Source: Methanobacteriota archaeon (GTDB lineage: Archaea > Thermoplasmatota > E2 > DHVEG-1). Taken from it: a stretch of 64,000 bases of DNA. The notes beneath the pieces were generated by a model. It did no database searches and was not told where the DNA came from. It saw only the letters and a program-made list of their open reading frames with translations. The stretch is from NCBI GenBank assembly GCA_963769885.1, contig CAVYNH010000006.1:256001-320000 (forward strand). The letters are read 5' to 3'. Both the position numbers and the translations under genes were made by a program. This document shows, piece after piece, positions 10,161 to 18,912 of this stretch (its first letter is position 1; each line of letters begins with the position of its first letter).

Positions 10161-10216
10161 ATCTGCTCTACATTGAGAAGAACGTGGTGACCGGCTTGGG
10201 ATCCCGATACAATAAC

Positions 10217-11785
10217 CTATCCCCCGGGGTCAATCAGCATAAACACAGTGCCAAACAGCTTAGAGGTAACCAGATGGTCTTCACCAATCTCTGAATGCAG
10301 ATGCAGCCAAACCAGGAGATCAGCTAAGATCCAGAGATTATAGAGAAGAACTGAGAACAGGAAATAGAACAGACGAATGATATAGTTCTTCGAGGTTGTC
10401 TTCGCTCGGAAGGAATGCTTCTTGACTCTATAGCTTGTCTCGATTCCCCATCGTTTGCTATAGAGGTAGAGAAGGCGTTCCGCAAGCCCAATCTCTTTTT
10501 CATCAAGGTCCATATTTGTTGCAAAGACTCTCTTCACGGGCCTCCTGAGAAGATCCAAATCGTCAACGATCACGAGGTTCATCGGGAGATTGTTCAGAGT
10601 GAACCCTTTTACGACAGCAGGCGATGGCGTTAGGTCCATGACTCGTTTTACGGAGAAATTATGGATTGCTGGCATGAGATAAGTCAGGCGGAATTTCTCA
10701 ACTGTTCTGAGGGATTGGGCGTCGAAGAATCCTCTGTCAAGGTAGACATGGCTGATTTTTACGCGTTGAGTCGCGTAGGTGAATAATCTGGAGAGGATGG
10801 ATTCCTTTGAGTCCAGCATTGAAACAGGGAGGGCCAGGAGGGTGAACCGTTTCCCGGACTCTACGATTGAGATTGTGGCGAATTTGTAGCAGGCAGCGGT
10901 CCCTCGCTCCGGTTGCTTGCCGACAACCATTGGAGCCTTCCGATTTCCATAGAAGAACCATTCGGTGAAATCAACGGCGACATCCACTCGCTTCCGAGGG
11001 CCGAAGAGGTTTGCTTGTCGTGCCATCTCCCAGACAAGCTCAAAGATACAGGTATACATCTCTTGAAGCTCTGCCATCGACGAATACTTCTTCAGATGAT
11101 AGAGCAAAGTCTTCCCCGAAGGCCCCCGGGTTCGTTGTTCCTTGAAGACTCTAGCGCCGTTCTGAGCGAAATCCTGACTGAGACCGAGATGAATCAAGAG
11201 ATTGAGGAGTTCTCCCTTCTCATACTTGATGTTATGCCTCTGATGAAGATTGATGAACGGCGCTATCCTTCGTTTAAAGAGCCGGCAGACGTCCTTGGTC
11301 TTCTCATCCCTGATTAATCTCTGATTACGATCCTGAGTCTCTTTCTGAGGCTCTACAGGCTTCAAAGTCTGATAATCGAAGATGACGTCGAACTTCTCAG
11401 CAATCTCATTAATCTTCGATACTGTGAACCCAATAGCCTCGTTTGCTTCTTGGTCGAGGATATGGTTGATGAAGTAGCCGATTTGTGTTCTGTCTGGTGT
11501 CTCGCTGAATCCTAGTTTGAATTTCTCTGCAGGATTCCTCCTGAGATACTTCGTTAACTTGGTATGGAACTTGATGTGTTTTAGCTTCTGGAAAAGAACG
11601 AGCTTCAGGAGCGATTCGTAGGAGAACTTGATCTTCCGGTATGAGTCTGCTTGAGGAACTGGAAGTTTGAGGTTTTTCAGGAGGTCTGCTATCTTGATGT
11701 TCTTCTGTTGTTTGAATGGTTCGATTGAGTTATATATCTCCTTTTCAATGGTATCAAAGGAGATACCTTGAGTGCTTCGCGGCAT
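10217..11785 (-). CDS. DDE transposase (ISH3-like, IS4 superfamily)
   Basis: VAVDFT (D1), VYLDRGF (D2), YSKRWGIETSYR (Y-x2-R-x3-E signature). Confidence 0.92.
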   Translation of the reverse strand: MPRSTQGISFDTIEKEIYNSIEPFKQQKNIKIADLLKNLKLPVPQADSYRKIKFSYESLLKLVLFQKLKHIKFHTKLTKYLRRNPAEKFKLGFSETPDRTQIGYFINHILDQEANEAIGFTVSKINEIAEKFDVIFDYQTLKPVEPQKETQDRNQRLIRDEKTKDVCRLFKRRIAPFINLHQRHNIKYEKGELLNLLIHLGLSQDFAQNGARVFKEQRTRGPSGKTLLYHLKKYSSMAELQEMYTCIFELVWEMARQANLFGPRKRVDVAVDFTEWFFYGNRKAPMVVGKQPERGTAACYKFATISIVESGKRFTLLALPVSMLDSKESILSRLFTYATQRVKISHVYLDRGFFDAQSLRTVEKFRLTYLMPAIHNFSVKRVMDLTPSPAVVKGFTLNNLPMNLVIVDDLDLLRRPVKRVFATNMDLDEKEIGLAERLLYLYSKRWGIETSYRVKKHSFRAKTTSKNYIIRLFYFLFSVLLYNLWILADLLVWLHLHSEIGEDHLVTSKLFGTVFMLIDPGG

Positions 11786-11845
11786 TCCGGGGGTTTCCTG
11801 CCAAGGGGGCTCGAAACTTCCCTTGGCATTTACCTTATAGTTAAC

Positions 11846-11900
11846 TACTAATAGTATGTGTCTTTTTATTGGTTTTGAGTTAAAGTTAAATACTATTAGT
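11846..11900. promoter_or_regulatory. Paired operator-like palindromes in the divergent transposase / Zn-ribbon promoter
   Basis: ACTAATAGTAT (11847-11857) and ATACTATTAGT (11890-11900) form an 11-bp inverted pair; each is close to TACTA-W-TAGTA. Confidence 0.5.
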
Positions 11901-11916
11901 TAGATAGTTCAATGAA

Positions 11917-12063
11917 ATGGCAAAAGTGACACTACAAGGATACCAATGCGAACGATGCGGACACACCTGGATCCCACGCAACAAAGAAGAAATTCCCAAT
12001 GTATGCCCAAAATGCAAGAGTGCATATTGGGATAAGCCCCGTAAACTCCCCACTAAGAAATAA
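11917..12063 (+). CDS. 48-aa zinc-ribbon protein, below the ORF-track cutoff
   Basis: MAKVTLQGYQCERCGHTWIPRNKEEIPNVCPKCKSAYWDKPRKLPTKK, with two CxxC motifs. Confidence 0.8.
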   Translation: MAKVTLQGYQCERCGHTWIPRNKEEIPNVCPKCKSAYWDKPRKLPTKK

Positions 12064-12122
12064 CTCCTCATCACGGGGATATGACATACGTTTCAATTTA
12101 TTTAGGATTTTTCGACCACTAG

Positions 12123-12218
12123 ATGGGAGTTTCAAACAATGGGAGGGCCATCTGATGGAGGTTCCATTAAATGGGAGTTTCACTGGATGGGACTACCATT
12201 TGGTGGAACTACCAAAAG
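12123..12218 (+). repeat. Six tandem imperfect 16-bp units (RTGGRR-N3-YCA-N4), probable operator array
   Basis: atgggagtttcaaaca / atgggagggccatctg / atggaggttccattaa / atgggagtttcactgg / atgggactaccatttg / gtggaactaccaaaag. Confidence 0.8.
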
Positions 12219-12254
12219 CTTAAATAATTATATTTATGTCTAGTAATAATTAAA

Positions 12255-12638
12255 ATGAAGCAACAGACGATAATAAAAGAACAAATTCCATCAAAGATTA
12301 TATCATTTGAAAAATCAAATGAGCTCTTTATGCTTCTTGGACTTAAAGGAACGCTTCAATTGATATATCATTTAACTGAACAACCACGACAATACAAAGA
12401 TATAGAAGATAACAGTGATCTTCCAAAAACAACTCTCGTACGCCGCATAGAATCCCTACAACGATATAAAATAATTAGCAAAGATCCAGTTACTGTCAAA
12501 GGAAGAAAAACTCACGTGTATAGTTTAACCTCCTTGGGACTTCAATTGATGAATTTTTCAAAACGTTATGAAAGATTATCTTCTATCCCAAGAGAACAGA
12601 AAAAAATCCCCATCGAGAGTGAAATTAAAATCAAATAA
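12255..12638 (+). CDS. Winged-helix transcriptional regulator (HxlR-like)
   Basis: LLGLKGTLQLIYHL...QYKDI...KTTLVRRIESL...YSLTSLG. Confidence 0.8.
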   Translation: MKQQTIIKEQIPSKIISFEKSNELFMLLGLKGTLQLIYHLTEQPRQYKDIEDNSDLPKTTLVRRIESLQRYKIISKDPVTVKGRKTHVYSLTSLGLQLMNFSKRYERLSSIPREQKKIPIESEIKIK

Positions 12639-12646
12639 TCATTCAG

Positions 12647-14146
12647 TCAAATTAAGGATAAAAAGATAGAAGCAGGAACTAAAACAGTATTTTCATATTC
12701 CTGAAAATCATTTTTTGTTATAATTAATCCTCTAAGATTATGGTTCTTTGCAAATTGACTGACATTTCGTAAAGACTGGCTCGGTATATCTGTTCTGAAC
12801 TTGGACTCCACGGGAAGAAGTTGCGGTCCCATATTTGCAATAAAATCAATTTCACTGTTGTGAGGCTCCCAGTAAAAGATTTCATTTCTTGCATCAAATG
12901 GGTCAGATGGCCTTAGATTATAAATTAATCTAATTAGATGGTCAGCAACTAGTGATTCGATAATTATTCCCCTATTGGAATCATCAGCAAGATAATTCAT
13001 GCTTGATTCAAAAGCAGTCTCTGTACCAGTTGAAGAAGTCCAATATCTCAAAGAATGAAAAATAAAAGGATCAAGTATGTAGATTTTTTTACCTTTTTTA
13101 GTGGCTTTTGATGCTTTGTCCGCTACTCGTAAATGATAGAAATATGCTAATGTAAAGCAATCATACATGTTGTCAACATACGATTTTATTGTCGGCATTG
13201 ATGCAACATCTTCTGTTAAACTATTCCAGGATACTTTGCATCCCATTGATTTTATTATTTGCTCTAAGATATTCTTAGCTGTAGTTGTTTCTCTTTTCCA
13301 ATGAGCTAAGTCTGATTGAAAAGCGTGAATGTAATCAGTGTATGTGGCATTTTGAATTGTACTAGTATTCTTATATTCATTAATAGCCTTCGCAATTCCT
13401 CCAGTAAGAAGATAAATGTCTAATAGGACATCTAAATCTTTTTTTAACATAAGAAACCATGTAAGATTATCATTTCGCTTACTTTGAATTAAATCAAGGA
13501 GAACTCGCCGTCTTTTTTCACCATTATGAAGATCTCTTTTAAAAAATTCTGCTGCCAATACTTTATCATAGCATCTAATAAACTCAGCAAATTTCATTGG
13601 GACCAATCTTTTATGTTGAACAATATCTCCCCTTCCTGTTCTGCCAGGAAGCTTCTCAGCTCCAGATTGAATGTCCATTGCATGAGAACCGCATGCAAGT
13701 AAAGTAAGATCCGTCAAAGCACCTTGATCAAATAGGCTCTTTATGGCAAGTTGCCAATTTTTAACAGAAGAGATTTCATCTATAAACAAATATAGATGTT
13801 CGTTTGTTTGTGCTCTTACTTGCTTAATATATGAAAGGATATTTTCTTCTAATTTCTTGGGAGATTTAACTAAATCACAACGAGAGAAAAATATTCTAAA
13901 AGGGTCAATCCCGGACTGTAGCTTTTCTCTGATAAGTATTTTCATCAGGGTAGTTTTTCCTACTTGTCGTGGCCCTCTCAATGTGTACAATACATAGCCA
14001 TCAACATCAAGTTGTATCCTTCTTTTAATAGCAGGCTCCCAGTGTATAGATGACGAGTCAAAGGTTTTCAAATGAATATCTTGGTTTATTGCTTCAGGAT
14101 TAGTCCACCATGGGTTCTCTGAAGCAAGCTCAAATATGCTTTTCAC
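12647..14146 (-). CDS. AAA_14 ATPase with C-terminal DUF4143 (PD-(D/E)xK-like) domain
   Basis: ENPWW, GPRQVGKTT, LFIDEI, LLTGGI, KIYILDP, EIDFI...PVESK. Confidence 0.88.
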   Translation of the reverse strand: MKSIFELASENPWWTNPEAINQDIHLKTFDSSSIHWEPAIKRRIQLDVDGYVLYTLRGPRQVGKTTLMKILIREKLQSGIDPFRIFFSRCDLVKSPKKLEENILSYIKQVRAQTNEHLYLFIDEISSVKNWQLAIKSLFDQGALTDLTLLACGSHAMDIQSGAEKLPGRTGRGDIVQHKRLVPMKFAEFIRCYDKVLAAEFFKRDLHNGEKRRRVLLDLIQSKRNDNLTWFLMLKKDLDVLLDIYLLTGGIAKAINEYKNTSTIQNATYTDYIHAFQSDLAHWKRETTTAKNILEQIIKSMGCKVSWNSLTEDVASMPTIKSYVDNMYDCFTLAYFYHLRVADKASKATKKGKKIYILDPFIFHSLRYWTSSTGTETAFESSMNYLADDSNRGIIIESLVADHLIRLIYNLRPSDPFDARNEIFYWEPHNSEIDFIANMGPQLLPVESKFRTDIPSQSLRNVSQFAKNHNLRGLIITKNDFQEYENTVLVPASIFLSLI

Positions 14147-14387
14147 AAGAAATGAAGGTTATTCTTAGTATTTAAACTTGTTCATAAAGTATTTTGAAGC
14201 TAGTATTTAAAGAAGTGAAAATGATTATATTTTTTTATTTTTCTATTTAAACTTTTTTTAAATAGATTTTGAAAGATAAGCATTTTGGTCTTTTGTTGCT
14301 CCGTAAATTATTTTAAAATTCTCGAAAACTCTAAATCAAGACTCGAAACTTCTTTATCTATTATTTCGATAACCTTACCTTGAGAGG

Positions 14388-16494
14388 ATGAAGCCTAAAA
14401 AAATAATGAGACCTAAAGACAGGTTCATTCACCACGAACGATACGAGGTCGAATTATACAATGATTTAATAAAGAAATTTAATCAGCGGGGTTTTGAGTT
14501 CAAACAAAAACCTGGATTTTCAGACTTAGTTGATGAATTGAATAGGATATTAGTTGAAGTTAAACTTGGTGCAGACACCGCTGAAGATGGGGCATCACAA
14601 ATACTCTATGAGGTTGCTAAAAGCAACCTAAGAAATTTCTTATACCTTGGATTGGCAGACAGTGAGATGTTTCATCTATTCAAGAGTCCAGAGTACAGGT
14701 CATATTTTGACTTTCGCTTTATCCCTTGACCCAGAGTTATCAAAATCTCCAAGTAGTTTCAGTGGAAAAAAGATTGCCGAGGCATTAGTGATTTTTGGTG
14801 AACCCATTTGGCAAGGTTTTTGGAGAAACACAGAGGATGATCTGTCTAGGATTCTAAGTAGCGACACTCACATTCCGTTCATAGCGGAAAATCTCTTTGA
14901 TTTCCATAGGATTTTTGGATTGTACGGCATCAGAACCTCTGATGTTATTGCTGCATTTACTGATGAGGTTGTTAGCCATATTGAAGTAACAAAGGACCGC
15001 ATTGTTATTTCAAGAGAACGAGGAAATCCAGTTGTGATACGCTATTCTGGAGAAATGAAGCGAACCCACAAATGGATTTTGCAAAGGATGAGAATCCCTG
15101 ATATTAAAGCTATTGAAAAACTTCGGCAGACAAGCGATCGCTTACAGAGTCATAATAAACGAGTCGAGCGAGGTGCATTTTACACCGAGGAGTTGCTGTC
15201 TATTAAAATGAGCCTGAAGGCTCTAGAGCTTGTTCACCCTGACTTTATTATAGAGCCTTATGCAGGTGCTGGTTCACTATTGGCTGCAGTTGTCAATGAT
15301 GTCCCTAATGGCTGGGTAAACGACTATGATAAAGACGCGGCAGCTATGCTTTCGGCAGATTATGGTAGTTTAGGATACAAAGTAACATGTGAAGACATGA
15401 TTTTTTACCCAGTTCAAAAAGCTGTAAAAATCATTGGTGATGCTGAACGACCATTGTTCATTACCAATCCTCCTTTCAGTTATATTCGAGGTTTCACGTA
15501 TGGAACAGAAAAACTTGAAAAATTGAATAAGAAGTATGGGAAGAGGAATCAGATACAACTGGCTATTGGTAAAATAATGGAGATAATAGAAAATCTCGAC
15601 AGAGGTTATCTCGCTTTTTTTTCTCAGATGGGTGTGTTTTGTGAAAAAGAACAATATGTATTATTTTTGAATCAGCTTCTCAATAATTTTACATTCATTG
15701 ATGGATATATCTGGTCTGGGAAACATTTTAATGATGTACGGGAAGAGATTCCTGTTTCCTTCACAATTTGGAAATATGGGGGATCAACTGATTTAGAGAA
15801 AATAAAATTCGATTGTGAAGATTTTGGTTTAATAGGATTCAAACGATACCCTTTATTAAGAGATGGATGGAGATATAGGACACAAAAGATAATGAAAGGT
15901 GAAATAGCGGTTCAGGCACAAGGAGATTTCGATACTCGTTCTCCAAAAATATTTCATAATCAAGTAATCAAAGGTGGCTCAGAAGTAATACCTGAGAATG
16001 TAAAAAAACCTTTACATCTTAAAGGAATATCTGATGAATTGGCGTACGCTCTCTGGATTACAGTTGTAGGCCAAAAATCATTAGGAAGATCCAGCAAAGA
16101 AGGATACCCGTTTTATGATGGAGCAGCATATGTTCATCTACCTAATTTTACATTAGATAAGACAAAAGAAATTCTAGCATATGGTCTCTTATATGCCTTT
16201 ATTGGGCCAGATTATACTCAAGGGAAAATAGGTTTTATTGGCCCAAGAAAAGTAATGAGATTTGGAAAGTCTACACGTTTGAATAACGGGGCAAAATATC
16301 TGTTTGATACTTATGGCTATTTACCTGTCGGTGAGCAGACAATCTCTGAAATCCTCGATGAAATTAAAGATGGCCATAAAGGCCAACACTGGAGGATAGA
16401 TATAGTCAAAGAAATCTCTAATAGATTGGAAGCAATCGGTTATTGGGATAATATTCCCTTACCGTTGAAACATAATAATTCAACTCTTTTTTGA
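14388..16494 (+). pseudogene. Fused restriction endonuclease / amino-methyltransferase (Type IIG-like), frameshifted near 14695
   Basis: ORF 14388 has SDLVD...VEVK (PD-ExK-like). ORF 14647 has GAFYT, IEPYAGAGSL (motif I) and ITNPPF (motif IV). The two frames overlap at 14647-14729. Confidence 0.7.
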
Positions 16495-16611
16495 ATTAGA
16501 CAATGAAGGTCAATTCATTTACAGGATTGATTTTATTAAAACTCATTTACTTCATATGAAAAAGCCCTATTTTCATTGCTTTTATATATCAGTAGATTCG
16601 TTTTTTCGATT

Positions 16612-17343
16612 ATGACTCCTATAAACAAGAAACTCAGCGAAGAAGACTGCCAGCGAATTATCAAGCTCATTAGTGAGGGTCATCGAATTAAGGATCTAGC
16701 AAAGAAGTTCAGTGTTGACCCTAGCACCATACAAAAGCGATGTAAAGGCAAGTATCTGATGAGGATGGTCCCGTTAGAAATCAAAAACAAAGTCTTCCAG
16801 GCCCTCAAAGAAGGATATACTAAGGCAGAAGCAGCCAATATGTATGGCTTACAGGTCGGCACTGTCTATTCTATGACGAAGGGGATCCCTGGTGGTCGCA
16901 GGGAAGGAAACCACATCCTGAGACCGAATGGAATCAAGCTTCTCAATAGATTACTTGTTGATGGTTGTCTTATCACAGATTATTATATTGAGGTTGCTCG
17001 GAACCTTCAGAAGCTGTTCCCCTGCATCTTAACCGCTCGATACAGGGCAAAGACCTTCTTCTATCTTAAAGGAAGAGAAGAAGAGACCATTGAGGCATTC
17101 TTCAAGCAGATGCCGGATCATGTGATCCATTACGCAGCTTTAGAAGAAATCTCTTTCCTGCTTGGCGTCAAGATTAATAGGGAGAACCAAGGACGGCTTA
17201 TAGAGAAGTATAAGCAGAAGCATCGAGATTTTGTGATTTCCAAGCGCCTTCAACAACGATGCATCGAGGATTTTTTTTCTGATGAAGAGTATCCGTTTGT
17301 CTGGGAAGAACCGAAATTTCATATTCCTCCAAAGCAAAGCTGA
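16612..17343 (+). CDS. Protein with two N-terminal HTH motifs
   Basis: GHRIKDLAKKFSVDPSTIQKR and GYTKAEAANMYGLQVGTVYS. Confidence 0.7.
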   Translation: MTPINKKLSEEDCQRIIKLISEGHRIKDLAKKFSVDPSTIQKRCKGKYLMRMVPLEIKNKVFQALKEGYTKAEAANMYGLQVGTVYSMTKGIPGGRREGNHILRPNGIKLLNRLLVDGCLITDYYIEVARNLQKLFPCILTARYRAKTFFYLKGREEETIEAFFKQMPDHVIHYAALEEISFLLGVKINRENQGRLIEKYKQKHRDFVISKRLQQRCIEDFFSDEEYPFVWEEPKFHIPPKQS

Positions 17344-17494
17344 TTAAATAGGGAGTGATAAAAAATAGGCCAAGAGTTTAAGAAATATTTAAATAAAGAT
17401 ACTTGATTGTGTTACCACGAGGTGGTGCCGGTAAGATAGTAAAATAGTTAGGACAAATTTATTATACAAGTTTTATATATATTTTCGTGAAAAG

Positions 17495-17914
17495 ATGACA
17501 GAAGCCATCGAAAGAAAGACAGACTTTAATGATTTTGCTATTGCTGTATCCAAAGCCTTTGAAGATGTAAGTACAATTTTATCTAATAAAAATAAAAGTA
17601 TAGAATTATGCGAAGCAAAAAAAATATTAGTATTACTTGAAGATGATTTATCGAAGGTGATTTTACTTTCGTCATTAGAGACGAGTACTTTTGAACAACT
17701 ATTAGAATCCACTCGTATAGATCCTTTAACCTTAGATGAATGTCTGGATAATATGCATCATTTTGGGTTGTTAGAAAAATATTTCGTTAAAGGAAGTCCC
17801 TACCAACCAAGATATAAAACAACGAAATTTGCCAAAATTGTATTGAGAGATCTATTTGATGTGAAAAAAGAGAAAGCAGCAGAAGAATTAAAAAAACTGC
17901 AGAAGAAGCAATAG
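17495..17914 (+). CDS. Hypothetical winged-helix-like protein
   Basis: STFEQLLESTRIDPLTLDECLDNMHHFGLL...YKTTKFAK wing pattern. Confidence 0.6.
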   Translation: MTEAIERKTDFNDFAIAVSKAFEDVSTILSNKNKSIELCEAKKILVLLEDDLSKVILLSSLETSTFEQLLESTRIDPLTLDECLDNMHHFGLLEKYFVKGSPYQPRYKTTKFAKIVLRDLFDVKKEKAAEELKKLQKKQ

Positions 17915-17947
17915 TACGACTTTCTCATTTGGATCAAAAGGATTATT

Positions 17948-18487
17948 ATGGCAATAAAAAGTTTAGATATTCTGCTATTGGGTCCTTATCATCCAACACC
18001 TGAAGAATTATCTAAAATGTATGAAAAAGGAGAGCCAGCAATAGATGAAAAATTGAAAAAAAGAATACCCCTTCATTATATGGAAAAATTAAATCATTTA
18101 AAGGAAACATTAAAAGCCGACGGGCATGAAGCCTATTTTGTAACAGATAAAAGAACTGATATTAGAAATACATGGGAAAGAACCAATAATCTAATAAATG
18201 ATTCAGATTTGATTATTCATTTGCTTTCCAATACTGGCGGTTCTATGTTTGAACATGGTCTTATTACAGCTTTTAATCTACATTATAAAACCTATACTTT
18301 TATATCAGAGGATGAATTTAAACATGTTTCTGGTCTAATAAAAACAGGTACGAGATTACAACCAGAAGTAAATATGTATAGATACGAAAATGATGAAGAA
18401 TTATTTGATCTTGTAATTAGAAAGTTAGATAGTTTTCAAAGAGCAGATTATATAAGAGAAATTAAAAAGAAATTGGAAGTATCATAA
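17948..18487 (+). CDS. Nucleoside 2-deoxyribosyltransferase / TIR-like Rossmannoid protein
   Basis: ILLLGPY...LKADGHEAYFV...INDSDLIIHLLSNTGGSMFEHG (G-x3-E-x-G). Confidence 0.55.
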   Translation: MAIKSLDILLLGPYHPTPEELSKMYEKGEPAIDEKLKKRIPLHYMEKLNHLKETLKADGHEAYFVTDKRTDIRNTWERTNNLINDSDLIIHLLSNTGGSMFEHGLITAFNLHYKTYTFISEDEFKHVSGLIKTGTRLQPEVNMYRYENDEELFDLVIRKLDSFQRADYIREIKKKLEVS

Positions 18488-18530
18488 AATAGGAGTAAAA
18501 CTTTTTTTCATACTTTAACAATAAGCAACA

Positions 18531-18740
18531 TTAAAGTTTTCCTCCTGCTCTGAAGATCGCATCCATCAGAAGAGATTCTTCTTTTCTCAATCCATCCATG
18601 AATTTCTCATACCGTTCTATCTCTTCCTTACTTGATCTAGGTTTGGCCTTATTGAATAGGTCTTCCATTAGCTGAATGAGAGCTTGGCAGGCAGCTAAAT
18701 CTTTCTTCAGTTGTTCAACATCTGCTATTCGATAAACCAT
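18531..18740 (-). CDS. Small helical hypothetical protein
   Basis: 69-aa ORF with coiled-coil-like composition. Confidence 0.5.
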   Translation of the reverse strand: MVYRIADVEQLKKDLAACQALIQLMEDLFNKAKPRSSKEEIERYEKFMDGLRKEESLLMDAIFRAGGKL

Positions 18741-18912
18741 ATCTGGAGTTAAATCGGATAAAGAGATTTAGTTTTTCTTATTGGTTACTTCCCTAGAAAG
18801 GTTCTCTACTCTTAAATTTTCTTAACATTCGTTGCAATAAAATTCATATCAAAATATTTATATGAATGTAAAGAATAGCAATTCCAGACTAATCACAGGG
18901 GAAGAGGAAAAA

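Noticed and set aside
10133-10215. Amber-suppressor or pyrrolysine tRNA (CTA falls at the anticodon position)
   Set aside because: The anticodon stem cannot pair, there is no canonical T-loop or acceptor 3' strand, and no pyl genes are in the window.
12123-12218. 16-bp repeat array as a mini-CRISPR
   Set aside because: The units are contiguous with no spacers, and are too short and degenerate.
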